From the NCBI GenBank assembly GCA_951406725.2, contig OX597833.1, forward strand, positions 35,650,001 to 35,714,000: 64,000 bases of DNA, in the 5' to 3' direction. The notes beneath the pieces are model-generated. The model ran no database searches, had not been told where the DNA came from, and saw only the letters and a list, made by a program, of their open reading frames with translations. Source of the DNA: Octopus vulgaris (taxonomy: Eukaryota). How positions within the stretch are numbered: position 1 is the stretch's first letter; each line of letters starts with the position of its first letter. This document shows, one piece after another, positions 36,663 to 50,643 of the stretch. The position numbers and the translations under genes are program-made.

Positions 36663-36959
36663 CTGAGAGAGAGGTATAAGGAAGCGGAGGCGGTGGGGGA
36701 TAAATAGATAAATGCGTAACATGCCTATAGACGTTTACATATAAACTTACATATATATATACATACATGTGCATAATCATGCAGTATATAAAAGCAAACT
36801 TAGCCGACGAGTCAGTGGCATGCACACGTATGCAGTGAGGTGGACCGAGTATATGGAGCAACTCTCACACTAGGCTTAAGCACATACATGGAATTACTGT
36901 AAGCATGCATTAGAAGTTCAGAATGTGTGCGTGTTTTGTGGATAGATAGATAGATAGAG

Positions 36960-37135
<176 letters not shown>

Positions 37136-37203
37136 GGGTAGACAGATAGATAGATTGGTAGATAGATCTATTATCTTGTACGTGTCTCAGTCATTGGATT
37201 GCG

Positions 37204-37285
<82 letters not shown>

Positions 37286-37288
37286 CAT

Positions 37289-37321
<33 letters not shown>

Positions 37322-37333
37322 CATACATATATA

Positions 37334-37972
37334 TACTAGCTGAATAACCCGGGCAATTTTTACAATAGAATATCTTGTATAATTTTTTGTTTATTCCATG
37401 CCAGGCCATGCCCTCCCTGACAGAAAGGCTTCTTGATCAGGCCAAATTTATGAATTTTTTCGCAAAAATCTTCGTTCAGTATTTTTTTTCTTTTATAAAC
37501 TATTTGCATGTCCGTTCGTCTCATTCACGTGACTTTATTCATTGAAACTTATTAAAACTTCAGAAGTTCTTACAACTTTGGTCGTCGTGATGTGCTTTGC
37601 TTTCCTTTATTTAATAAAAAAAAGTCCTCCTCGTAATCATTTTCCTTTCGTTTTGTGAGAGACTGTTATCATGCAGAAAATACCAGCTTCCCAATCCTGT
37701 TTTCTGAATAGGTAAATTAGTTTAAACTTTAAACGTCAGTAAGATCTTTATTCAGTTTTTCTGGAACAAATGAATTAAAAAAAAAATCAGATTTAACATG
37801 GAAATTTATTACAATATACCAAATTTGAAAATTTTGCCGTAATTTTAAAATTCCACAATACGTGACAACAACAGAGAAATCCTACAAAAGTCGAGACAGA
37901 GAGTTATAGGATGTCACACCCCCACACACAAACGTACAAAGGCAACCACGAGTTTAAAATGTGTATAGTAGA
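37334..37972 (+). mobile_element. Possible Helitron/HINE-like non-autonomous element
   Basis: Starts TACTAGCTGAATAACCCGGGC right after (TA)n; ends with a short CA microsatellite and TGTATAG; no TIR or TSD seen. Confidence 0.4.
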
Positions 37973-39595
37973 CGTATGTATGTATATATATATATGTATA
38001 TATGTGTCTGTGTGTAAGTGTTCCTTTGCGATGGACAGCAGAAAAGCCATCTGTGAACAATTGCTGTGAAGTTACCCCCCTCTCCTTAAAGCTACGTATT
38101 CCTCACACACACACCTTTCTTTCTCTTCCTCGGGTTTTAAAAGTTACTTATGTGTATGTGCATGCATGTTTATGTGTGTGTGATTTGCGCACGCATTGCG
38201 AGTGAGTGTATGTGTGTGTGTATTTGCATGCATGTATCTATGTATTTACGAAAGTATGTATGCAGCGTTGCCTGTATATCCCTGAATGACAGCTGTATTA
38301 ACGTTACCATCCCACTGCACTCCATATTTGTCGCTTACACAAGTTTGTTCTCCCCTTTCTAGGTATCAGCCACACTCACATTGCCATCACGTTTCCCTAA
38401 CACTAACACTCTTGCGCCCTTCTCATTTTATCAAATAATAGTAGAACCCTGTAAAATAAATCAGCTGAGGGGTAATACTGGGAAAGATATTTATTGAAAT
38501 TCAATTAGCCTATAATTCAACTGGATGTTAGTTTTCTCATGTATGCGAAGTTTCGTCAAGGTTAATTCAATGGTGAAGGCAGCAAAAGTGTAACAGGCAT
38601 AGAGACAGATAGACCGACAGACAGAAATTGCCAATTATGTATAAGATATATCACGGGTTTCTTTCACTTACTATGTACCTGATTGAATCACAAAGCTTTG
38701 GTCCACCGGGGTTATAGTAGAAGATACTCGCCCAAGGTACCAAGCAATAGGACAGAACTCGAAACCAAGTGGTTGAAAAGCAAGTATTTTATATATACAG
38801 CAGAATGTGTAAACATACACAGTAGAAAGAGAAAAATACCCAGCCTGGACTGTGTATAGCACTGTGTAAATACAGTCAGCAGAGTGTAAAAATACACAGA
38901 GTGTAAAAAGTACACTCATCGAACAGAGCTTAATCTCAATATAAGTTCTGATGACATAGAAACTCATCCATGGAATAGTTTAAGTGTAGATAGTGTAAAT
39001 ACAATAAACAGTGTAAATGCACACAGTACATAAAGCTCGTACAAATATACATGGTTAATATAGTCAATTCCTTGACATCAGCCTTGTTGATTTGTGCCTC
39101 TCTGAACTCTAACTATGATAAGAGTTCAATGTGACGAACAGCTGTCAGATTTCTTATGCTCTAGGTAATTGCATCAGTATATTGGAACTCTCACTGAAAG
39201 CGGCTTCCACCTAGTTATACCGAACTATTTATTGTTTAGCCCCGACTCAACTTGATTTAGTAGATTTATGGATAAAGATATTAAATTCCAGTGTACTGCA
39301 TTGGGGATAACTTTATCCAATGCAGATTTGTTTCTTTTTTAAGCAGGTAAATGTAATTAAATGTGATTAGGTTTACATTGGTTGAGCGACATATTGTTGC
39401 TCAGCTTACTACAAATATAGTAGAATACATATCGTAAATATGTCTGTCCAGATAAGATTTTGCCATCTAGAAAATGACATCATGTGTTCGGGGTTCAAGA
39501 TCCATGTAATGTTACGTTGTAGTAGTTTGGGTTTGCTTGACAGTACATTTCCTTAATTCTCTCTCTTTCTTTGTCTCCCTTTTACTCTCTCCCTT

Positions 39596-39632
<37 letters not shown>

Positions 39633-39767
39633 TAAACAAACACACGCACACACACACACATATGCAATGATGACAATTACCACATATGGCGCATGAATCT
39701 CTTGCTAAAAACTCATACGAGCTCCATAGACATTTATTTCTTCTTTTTATTATTTACACCTGGCGAA

Positions 39768-39980
39768 AGGTGGCGAGCTGGCAGGACTGTTAGCACACCT
39801 GGTGAAATGCTCAGTGGCATTTCGTCCGTCTTTATGTTCTGAGTTCAAATTCCGCCCAGGTCGACTTTGCCTTTCATCCTTTCTGGGTCGATAAAATAAG
39901 TACCAGTTGAGCACTGGGGTCAATGTAATCGGCTAGCAGCCCCCGCCCCAAGTTTCAGGCCTTGTTGCTATAGAAGAAAT
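39768..39980 (+). mobile_element. SINE family A
   Basis: AGGTGGCGAGCTGGCAG...GAGTTCAAATTCCGCC...AAGTACCAGTTG. Confidence 0.85.
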
Positions 39981-40574
39981 TGTATTCAATTCATACTGGA
40001 AAGTCACTTCGAGATTTCACACAGTAGTTATCCAAGGCCTTTGAGGAATATAATCTTGTAACCTGCACATCCTACTAGAGATCATAAAGGGAAGCCCTTA
40101 ATGATATTTACTTTTCATTCAATGCTTGGTTTGAATCCATTCCTGTGTGGTCTCTATTATTTCCCAAGACAAAACAGTAGATTCGATATCATTTCATTGA
40201 CCACCGGAACTTGTGAGATGACTGTGGTTGGTGTTAATGTTGAACAATTTCAGAGACTAAACAGAAATATTTGCTGGGTGTGTGCAATATATTTGTGTGT
40301 GTGTGTGTGAATTTTGAGTGTTGCCTTATACGAAAGTACACAGTTTAGTAAATCAGAGGAGAATCAGTCTTAGGAGTGGCAGAGTTTATACAATGAGAAT
40401 ACAGTTCGTGAATGAAGTGAGTTTTGCAGTATCTTCGTACATGAACGATCTTTTCATTTTGTTGGATACCGTCCAGTATCATTGTGCAAGTATGATACTT
40501 GTATGTGTGAGAAGGATATTTTGATAATGCATGATATGCTTATGTGTGTGACATGCTTATGTATGTATAAAAAA

Positions 40575-40830
40575 TAAATAAATGCGTCCTTTTAATGCCT
40601 AGCCAGACTCATGGGCCCGGTTTCCCGGTTTCAACGGCGTATGTGTTCCCCAGATGGACGGGATGCCAGTCCATCCCAGCGTTACTCATTTTTGTCTGCT
40701 GAGTGAACTTGAGCAACGTGAAATGAAGTGTTTTGCTCAAGAACACAACGAGTGTCCCGGTCCAGGGATCGAAACCACAATCTTACGATCATGATGCTGA
40801 CATCCTAACCACTAAGCCACGCGCCTCCAC
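40575..40830 (-). mobile_element. SINE family B
   Basis: tRNA-like head GTGGAGGCGCGTGGCTTAGTGG..GTTTCGATCC; GATGGACTGGCATCCCGTCC core; tail shared with 42200-42258. Confidence 0.85.
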
Positions 40831-41338
40831 TTATGTATGTATATGTAAGATAAGTGTGTGCTTGCAATACTTTATATGTAGAATACTCTTGAATGCAAGA
40901 AACTCATGTGTATAGGACAGGTGCATCGGTAGGATACTTGTGGTTGTAGGATAACTGTGAACGTGTGTTTAAGATATTATGCATATATGTGCATGGTTGC
41001 TTGTATGCGTGTGAGTGTGTGCGTGTGTGTGTATGTGTGTGCACGTATATGCGTGTTCAGAATACATGTTAGTGCAAGACGAGCATGTAAGGTTACTGTT
41101 GTGTGTAGGAATGTTTTGTGTGTATAAAATACTTGTGTATGTAAGATAATGTGTGTTTAGGAAACTGATATGTGTAGAATTCATGTGCTTATTGGATGGT
41201 GTCTGTAGGTGTGTAGGATAATGCATGTGAGTAGGATACTTGCGTGTGTAGGTTAATGAATGTGTATAAGGTTCTCGAATAGGTAGGATAACGCGCATGT
41301 GGGTTACATGTGTGTATAATACTTGTGTGAGTATGACA

Positions 41339-41709
41339 TCCTCATCATCATTGTTCGACCGCTTGAGAGGCGGTTGGATGGAACCTACACTCGCCTCCTT
41401 ATGAGAGCTCAAGATCTCTCGTGGAAGCGCCATCCAATCAAAATGCAAATATATGGGAAACTACCACCTGTGTCATCTCTTGTGACAGGTAGGAGAGTCC
41501 AGTTTGCTGGACATTGTTGTAGAGCTGAAAAAGAGGTAATTTCTACTCTTCTCCTCTGGAAGCCATCTACTCACAATACCAGAGGGCGCACTCTCTCCTA
41601 CCCTGATGTAATCTCCAGGGATACAGGCATCCAGCAACAGGGCCTCCGTAATGCCATGATGGACCGTGAAGTCTGGCGTAGCATGGCAAATTCCATTGTC
41701 TCGACCACG
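41339..41709 (+). mobile_element. RTE-type LINE 3' fragment with 12 bp TSD and inverted tail
   Basis: LERRLDGTYTRLLMRA..SW...RRVQFAGHC.R...MMDREVWR; TSD GTGAGTATGACA at 41327-41338 and 41710-41721. Confidence 0.85.
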
Positions 41710-41940
41710 GTGAGTATGACACATGTATAAGATAACTAGATAACTGTGGACGTAGGAATGTGAGTGTAAAATACTTTTACGTATATAGTAATTGTGGGTT
41801 TGTGTGTAAGATAGAAATGTGTTTAGGAACAGTAGAATATTGTGTGTGTGTGTGTGTGTCTACTTGTGTGCTGGACAATTGTGCATATATTATATATGTA
41901 TGACTAGATTACTTATGTGTGTGTGTGTGTAAGATACTTG

Positions 41941-42258
41941 GTGGAGGCACAATAGCCCAGTGGTTAGGGCAGCGGACTCGCGGTCGGAGGATCACCGTTT
42001 CGATTCCAAGACCGGGCGTTGGGTGTGTTTATTAAGCGAAAACACCTAAAAGCTCCACGAGGCTCCGGCAGAGGGTGGTGGTGACCCCTATTGTACATTT
42101 TCGCATAACTTTCTCTCACTCTCTCTTCCTGTTTCTTGAGTAACGCTGTGATGGACTGGCGTCCCGTCCAACTGGGGAGAACACATACGCCACAGAAACC
42201 GGGAAACAGGGCCCATGAGCCTGGCTTGGCTTGAAAAGGGCGACGTTTATCGTTTTAT
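41941..42258 (+). mobile_element. SINE family B, full length
   Basis: A box TAGCCCAGTGG, B box GTTTCGATTCC, GATGGACTGGCGTCCCGTCC core. Confidence 0.85.
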
Positions 42259-42603
42259 CGTAAGATACTTGAGGATGTGCAGAATAGTTGGATGAGTAAG
42301 ATAATTTCGTCTGTAAGTTAGGCAAGGTAGTTCCCTGAGGGAGTAATTCTGGGTTGTATAGTTTTATACATATGTCGTATATTTGTATATGTGTGTGCGA
42401 TAGTTCTGTTTTCCGTGGGACACTTGGGTGCGTAGGATGATGAATGTGCAGTGTACTTTTGTATGTAGGGGATGCGCGCGTGAGCAAGATTGTAGAAGTA
42501 TATGTGGTTATGAAGAATGCATAGATGTGTGTAACACTGGAATATTTAGATAAGATACTAGAGTGAGCAGGACAATATGTGCGTACAATACTTATGTGCA
42601 TAG

Positions 42604-42638
<35 letters not shown>

Positions 42639-42734
42639 TGTGTGTGTATAAGATGAATATGTGTAAAATAATTCTACCTGTTGAATTTTTGTGTGTAAGA
42701 AACTTGTGTGACTATAAGATACTTGAATGTGTTT

Positions 42735-42895
42735 AGTGTGGCTGTGTAGTACGAAGTTTGTTTCACAACTGCATGGCCCCAGCTTCTCCCACTGCGTGGT
42801 ATCTTCGGCATGTATCTTCATCTATGGCCAGGTGAGTGAATTTCCTAGACAGAAACTAAAAGAAGATCGTGATATTTAAATATATACACATGTGT

Positions 42896-42952
<57 letters not shown>

Positions 42953-43150
42953 CATGTGTGTCTGTGTGTCCGTTGTGTTTGACAACCGGTGTCGGTTTAC
43001 TTACGTCCTCACAGTTTAGCGGTTCAGCAAAAAGATATCGATAGAAGTACCAGACTTTAAAAATAAGCACTAGGGTCGATTTGCTCGAATAAACACTTAA
43101 AGGCAGTACTCCAGCTTGGTCACAATCCAATAACTGAAATATAACAAAAG
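42735..43150 (+). mobile_element. SINE family C, diverged
   Basis: Collinear with 49197-49665, including internal (GT)n and TAACTGAAA tail. Confidence 0.75.
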
Positions 43151-43319
43151 ATATACGATAATTGAGTGTGTAACATACCCATCTGTGTATGAAACCTGTC
43201 TGTGTTAAGTGCAGGTGTGTGTTTACAAGTAATTCCTGACTGTGTTAGATAACTGAGTGCATGATAGCATTTTGTGTAAAAGGAAATTGTGCTTGTGAGG
43301 TGAAATTGTGTTTAGAGTA

Positions 43320-45230
43320 ACACAAGGGAACAGTTTTCAACATAATTTCTGTCGAGTTTTCTTTTTCACTTGATTTACACTAAAATTGGCATGCTGATCG
43401 CAAAATTAGAGTCAGTCTTCTTTAATCACTTCAAGTTTTTTTTTTCTACAGTTTACTCTCTGAATAAGCACAATTGTATTGTCTGTCCATAAGTAATAGG
43501 GATGGTCAGCTGCTTTTATTATCTTGTTGATAACACTGGGAAACATTCTGAAAAAAAAATGTCTGTTGTCTTGCTTTTTACAATTACTCCTGCCAAATTT
43601 GATGGTACTGGATTCAGAAATTTCTTTCATGTCAAATTTTTTGTTAAACAGGAATATATTTTTTACCAATGAAAAAAGTCAATTTTACCATTACTAAGAA
43701 AGTAACACGAACCAAATAGTACTTATTATGGATTAACACATAATTAGACAAAATTTTTAATTACACATCTTAGGATAGACATTTCTGTTAAACTGGAGTT
43801 TCAGTCGTTCGAGGAGTGACTCTTCTCTTTGGGGCTTTGCGTGAATAACTTGCAGCATAATAGTGTCTTTGCAAAGACCAGTATTCATCAGCCTTCATGT
43901 TTGTGTTCCACTTACCTCGATGCCTAGTTTCTATGGTCTCAATGTCTTGGTGGAATCTTTCTCTTTACTCATCACTTATGGCACTATGATTTTAAGGGAA
44001 ATAGTCCGGATGACAGGGCAGAAAAAGCAGTGCTCGAAAAGTGGTTAAAAGGGTCTGCACAAGTTCTTTATGATTTAATGACTTCCCATTTCCCAGGAAA
44101 TCAGGCAAAACTGCGCCAAAAGCATTCCACACTTCTTTTTCAACGCCAGACTTGGTCTCCAAATAGTGCCCGTCATGCAATATTCACCTAATTTGTGGCC
44201 TGTCAAACACCAAATTCAATTTTCTCACAAGACAAAGCTGGAAACTTTCTGCTTAGGTATTTGAAACAGTCACTGTCTTAGTGTTTGAACACAATATGGG
44301 GTGTCCAAGCTTTGTTTTGATCACTCGGTTTCATGCCAAATTAAGTAAAGTAAGATTTCTTCACAAATTCTGTGATTTTGTTCCGCTGACTTGGTAAAGT
44401 GTATGAACCAAAAATATTGCAGAAGACAAATGGTCTGTTTTATCTTTCTTCTCTCACAACTGGGCATATTTCTGATATACAAAATATATGTTCAAGCCAA
44501 TTGTTCCTTGGGCAAAGCATTGTCAGAATTGCCAAGTTATAAAGTAAGCAACTACAGATTTGTGATGGCAAAGTTCCATAAAAAGCATACATACCATGCA
44601 GTTCTTTTAACAGTTATTTGACAATGCTCGACGAAAAGTGGCCTTGGCCGTGTGACATCACAATTAAAACATTAGGGTGCATTCAGAATACCAATTTTCA
44701 TAAGAAATAGTTAAATGTTCAACAAGACATGTCTCACCTGGTTTGCAATGATTACCACACTAAATCAAACACAGTGTAGGCATATCTGCTGACACATTTC
44801 ATAAAGATGAGACATGTATGATATCAAGGACCAGAGAAATGTGTTGTGTTTTAACATCTAATTGTATAAAGGCCATTTCTGTCATCGTCATCACATTTAA
44901 CGGGTTAAATTGAAAATAGTGAAAGTTGCTCAAGTTTGATGCATTTTTGTTTAGTAGAGATACATCATGACCTTTGATTTCGCTTTTGTTGTTACATTTA
45001 CTTTAAATAACATTGAAAAACTATGTTTCCAAAGATATGTCAAGCTCCATACATGGGTCTGCATTTGATGAAGTCAAATCTATCTTTAGAAATGGTGACA
45101 AAACCGGAAAAGTTGCAAAATGGACATCGGAGTTTGAGAAAAATCTTGACGTGGTAAAGCAAAATGGGTTTCATGTTTGAAATCAAAACCTAAAAATTAC
45201 TAGGGAACATGTCTCCCACACCAGACAATA
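43320..45230 (-). mobile_element. Decayed DNA transposon, probably Chapaev3-like (CMC)
   Basis: Reverse strand gives KIEFGV..PQIR, EKEVWNAF..FLGN.KS.N.KELV..LL, AISDE*RERFHQDIETIETRHRGKW; superfamily label is from recall. Confidence 0.6.
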
Positions 45231-45702
45231 AAGGACGCGTAGTATACTTGTGTGTGTTGGTTACTTGTGTGTGCAAGATACTTGAGTGTAGGATGGTCTA
45301 CGTTTAGGATAAGTAAAATTGAGAAAAAAATTGAGAATTTTTAAAGTGAAATCTTCTAACAAGGGCATTTGGTTCGATGTAAATGAGTTGAACTCTTACA
45401 TCAACTGAGAATCGAAAGCAAGATCTGCTGTCCACTAATTGCAAGCTTTTGTCTTAATCTATGCTATTACAAACCATTCTCTATATGTGAATAGTATGTG
45501 TGTACGTATATATGAATTTATATATTATGTATATGTGTATATATATATATACAACAACATCCGGAATACGTTAGCATGCAGTTCCGAGTAACGAGTCACT
45601 CAGATTCTGCTCTGAATATTTGAATAAATATGTTTTTTTTCCTACCAACTAAAATTGTATACATTCTTTCTCATCATTGCATTCCAAACCATTCAATTCC
45701 AA

Positions 45703-45741
<39 letters not shown>

Positions 45742-46379
45742 TGTGTTGTCCAGGATCATTAATATGTACATTTACATACACATTTAGATGTACAGAATCA
45801 TGCACTCGGATATATTGGAGAGGAAGGTGTTAAATTACAGCCGTCAGCTTATAAAGTATTTACGTTTATATAGACATTCACGAGTATACGACTATACAGT
45901 TACAAACATAAACGTACGTTCATCGACTACAATTATTCTTTATGCACGATTATATACAAGAAGTCAAAAGTCTGTCTCTACAGGCATTTCCAAGTCTACG
46001 TACTAATATTTACTTATGCAGTCTCGAGTGAGATCCCTTGTTGCTTATCAATTGCGATATGATCAATTGGATTTTGGTATTTTGCGTCAGGGGAAGTCTC
46101 GGCGTGCTTGTGTATATATTTCGGCGCTGTATGTTTATAAAACAATTGTATAATTCATTAAGATACGTATAAATATATTCAATATACAAAAAACAAAAAA
46201 AATTGCATGGAAGTCAACGATCATAGAGATATAATTAAATCGTATATGGAAAACAGAAGTTTAATGATGAATATAAGTTTGACTTTTATGGGGCGAATGT
46301 GTTGATAACAGGACTAATGTTAAAATACAGAGCAAAGTTTTGGAAGAGCTTTCCAGTCGAGTGGAAATGAAAAGATTAT

Positions 46380-47480
46380 GGTTTAAGAATTTGTTGGGTT
46401 TAAAATATATTTTTTGATAATATTCCTAATATATTTATATGATAAGCTTAAACAATTAGAGAAATTACAGTCACAATCAAGAAAAATAAAGCACTCGTTT
46501 AAAGATACGCAGGGAGACTTGCTGATTAAATATAAAGAAATATAGAGGAATTGGAAGAAAATTTTTGAAGCAGTATTAAAAAGGTGAATTCTGTTCCCCC
46601 AATTGGATGGTATTTGGACATTTAAACGAGAAAATTATATTAGCTGAGTTAGCAAAGGTTATAAAACAATGAAATAATTAAAAATCCTGAAGTGTAGACA
46701 GAACAGAATCGCACACGAAATGGTGAGAACTGACGGAATCATACCACCAGTTGTGCTCCCAATAGTCATTAATCGCATCTGAAAAACAGGTGAAATTTCT
46801 AGAGGATGCAAGCAAATAACTATAATTAAAGTGTTCACGAAGTAAAATTGTGTTCGTGTGTGAGGGACATGGAAAGGTTCTTTAGTCTGTCAGCTATGGA
46901 TAGGAAAGAATTCTGCAGAGTAACTTTAAGCAAAGTTGAGACTTGTTGATATTCTCCTGAGGGAGTAGCAAGCAGAATTTCAGAAATGGGGAGGGTCTAC
47001 GATGGCCAAATCTTTAGTATAACGCCTATTACCCAACAAGCAAATGAAAGGAGAATGTCATAAAGCGTGTGTTTCGTTGAGTTGTAGAAAGCTTTTCATA
47101 GTATAACACTAGCATTGGCGAACTTAATGAGAACATATGGTATACTCAAAATATCTGCTGACGTAATTTCAAAATACTTGAAAAAACATGTGCCAATAAA
47201 TCATTAATGGAACACTCACTGAACCTCTTGAGGAATAATATGAGGAATATATTGTATATTTAAGAAGGTTGTAGCTGATCTAATCTAGATTATGCTAACG
47301 ATGATTGCAAGAACAATAGAACAAGTGCATGGAATATTAAATAGTTTAATAAGATATAAATGCAAATCCATTTGGTTATTGGTTGTTCACAGGCAGAAAT
47401 CGTGAATGTAAATTATATCAATTGCAACTTTGGAGGAGAAATAATAAACAGCTGTTCACTTAAAGAAGTTAGAACTTTGG
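46380..47480 (+). mobile_element. Highly decayed RTE-type LINE RT
   Basis: Remnants LRE*QAEF, CFVEL*KAFHSI, LDYAND. Confidence 0.6.
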
Positions 47481-48510
47481 CTGTGAGTAAGGATTTAGTT
47501 GGTTTGGAGTTAGGGGAATGAACTTATAAAAAGAAAAAGCAAAAAGAAAAAAACAGAACAAGCAATGGGCATGTTAGATTTTATATAAAATACCGACTAC
47601 ATGAGTGTATATATTTATGTATGTGTGTGCATGTGTGTGTATGTGTGTGTGTGTGTGTTCTAGGAAAGATCGATATGAACTGAAATAATTTCGTGGAATA
47701 TTAAAACACGGGTATCAAAATCATGTCACAACAACAGAGTAAGAGACGGATAGAAAATGTAACAATGATGAAGATAGTTGAGGCACGTCTATCAATAAGA
47801 TGCAAGCATTGCCCATGATGAAACTTGTTAGAGTGTAGAGGAAAATCACGGGTAAAAGCGACATGACGAAAGCAAATTTAAGAAGTTTCTACCGTCTAAA
47901 ACAGGTATCAAATGCTTGAAGTATTCGGAAAAAATGCATCGAAACTCCATATAACTCATAGATAATTAGAAACTGTTTTGGCGTTTGTGTTTATTGAGAT
48001 TTTTAGCTTGAACCTTCTGAATATACTATTTAGTATTTCTATAAACTTGTAAATTGTTATGTCAATTCATATAGGATACAGCTTGCCAGTCATCTATGCC
48101 TAATCCTATGCTAGAGTCGCATGCACTATTTTTAGTAGTTGTTGAACTCCACATCGACCCTGATTGAAAAGACCAGCGATCAATGGTATCCGAGCAGTGA
48201 CTTTTGAGTATTTTCCTATGTGCGAGAAAACCAGGATTACGATAACAAACGTATTCTATTCTGAGATGATAGCGCGTTTTAAGCGAGATTTGACTGTTAT
48301 TTGTAGAGTATCGAGTGAACATGTTGAGGTATCTGCCTGGTTCACGCTGTGTGAATTAGTTTGATTAGCGTATATAATCAAAGTTATTATTTCTGATACA
48401 TTGTAAACACAAAGGGGCAGCTATTGAAGTGGTTATTTCGCGTTTCTTGATCCAAATGGCGTCTTCATGATAAAAGAGAGACTTTTGTTGCTCATCGTTA
48501 TACTAATATC

Positions 48511-48722
48511 CTTTCTGCTTATAGACACAAGGCCTGAAATTTTGGGTGAGGGGTAAGTCGATTACATCGACTCCAGCATACACCTGGTACTTAATTTATC
48601 GACCCCGAAAGGATAAAAGGCAAAGTCGACCTCCGTGGAATTTGAACTCAGAACGTAGCGGTAGACGAAATACTGCTAAGCATTTCGCCCGGCATGCTAA
48701 CGGTTATGCATGTTCCCTACCT
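48511..48722 (-). mobile_element. SINE family A with ~19 bp TSD
   Basis: Flanked by TCATCGTTATACTAATATC / TCATCATTATACTAATATC. Confidence 0.85.
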
Positions 48723-49196
48723 TCATCATTATACTAATATCGCTGTCAGTTCTGGTGGGTGAATAATTAGGATTTCTGAAAACTGATTCTTTCAGAAGAA
48801 TAGTTTTAGAAATGGACGGGTAGTATTTTGCAACATTAAAACGGGGAAAATCTGCAGTGAGATGTATTTTCAATAAACTACTACTATTTGCAATGAATTA
48901 TTTCATTACGATGCCACAGCTGTCCAATTGTAATAAGTTTATGTTTTGTCTAATCTTAGGGTTTATATAGTCTGGTGTATTCTTGGTACCCATTCTCAGT
49001 TAAGTTTTGGTCGAGTTCTCAAGCCTGCGCTGTTAGTAGGATATGAAGTTTTAATGTGGTGTAATGTGGAATGAGGCGTTTGGTACGGTTTTCTCTATCA
49101 ATTTGTTTTTTTTTAAATTTTTCAACTACTTTTAATCCATGTTTTTTTTTATGTTGCAAGTATTGAGGCTTTCTTTACATGTTTTTGCTGTACATA

Positions 49197-49364
49197 GGTG
49201 TAGGAGTGACTGTGTGGTAAGTAGCTTGCTTACGAATCACATGGTTCCAGGTTCAGTCCACTGCGAGGCACCTTGGGCAAGTGTCTTCTGCTATAGCCTC
49301 GAAAACAAATCCCTTGTAAGTGGATTTGGTAGACGGAAACTGAAAGAAACCCGTCGTATATATG

Positions 49365-49450
<86 letters not shown>

Positions 49451-49665
49451 TGTGTCTGTGTGTCCCCCAACATCGCTTGACAACCGATGCTGGTGTGTTT
49501 ACGTCCCCTTAACTTAGCGGTTCGGCAAAAGAGACCGATAGAATAAGTACTAGGCTTCCAAAGAATAAGTCCTGGGGTCGATTTGCCCGACTAAAGGCGG
49601 TGCTCCGGCATGGCCACAATCAAATGACTGAAACAAGTAAAAGAGTAAAAGAGTAAAAAAGAGTA
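49197..49665 (+). mobile_element. SINE family C, full length, internal (TA)n(GT)n, CR1-like tail
   Basis: GGTGTAGGAGTGACTGTGTGGTAAG..GGTTCAGTCC head; tail GGCGGTGCTCCGGCATGGCCAC..GACTGAAAC-(AAGAGTAA)n. Confidence 0.85.
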
Positions 49666-50039
49666 CTCCCACATAATTTCGTCTGCTTGCTTTTGTCTTG
49701 TTATTAGCATTGTCAGCTTCATCATATATTGGGTGAGATTTCAGATGAGTGATTCTATATGAGTGATAAGCTTGTTTGGTAGGTTTAGCCAAATCGGTTT
49801 CATATTATACATGGTCATTTATTGTCTAAAGATAGCTTTATTTGTGCTGAAGGCAGACTTAGGGATTTGTTTTCGACTGTTGAATGTTGCCGGTCGAAAA
49901 CCATGTGAGTGATATTTGGTGATTTGAATACAGACGAAAGGTCGTAATTTATATAAATGCCAAAAACGATCACTCCACCCCATAAACACATAAGGTTAGT
50001 TTACTGGAGTCTGTGGCGTGTATATATTTCCTATCTCAA

Positions 50040-50186
50040 AAGGGACAGCTGAGTGGACTGGAGCCACGGGAAATGAAGTGTTTTGGTTTGCTCAAGAGCA
50101 CAACACATTACCCGGACCAGGATTCGAAACCATAATCTTTCGATTATGTGTACAACACTCTTAACCACTAAGCCACGCGCCTCCAC
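50040..50186 (-). mobile_element. SINE family B 5' part
   Basis: AACCACTAAGCCACGCGCCTCCAC identical to ~40807-40830. Confidence 0.8.
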
Positions 50187-50511
50187 ACAGAGACAAGTAC
50201 GGCTTGCGTGTAAGAGAGCGAGAAAGGGGGGAAGATAGGGCGAGTGAGTATATGTGTGTGCAGGTGTGTGCCTGTGTCTGTGTGTAATATGGATGCACTA
50301 ATTACCAAAACGTGGTATTTAATTCTAATCGAATAATTTATCTTTACACAGGCGAGAAATTTTCTTTCAATAAGGGCCAGGTGAAAACACACACACACAC
50401 GCATCTACACACACACGCACACTAACACACACACAAGGACATATATATCTACATATTTATACACATATGTATATTTGTGTGTGTGTATATATATATATAT
50501 ACACATATATG

Positions 50512-50621
<110 letters not shown>

Positions 50622-50643
50622 GTATATATATATATGTATATAT

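Larger units (their letters stand above)
40860..43320. repeat. Degenerate minisatellite built on GTGTGTARGATACTTGT
   Basis: TAAGATACTT/TAGGATACTT variants recur throughout and resume at ~45240-45310. Confidence 0.6.

Noticed and set aside
38948-38985. CTGATGA-CATA-GAAA-CTCATCCATGGAATAG-TT hammerhead-like string
   Set aside because: No stem II pair and no stem I complementarity
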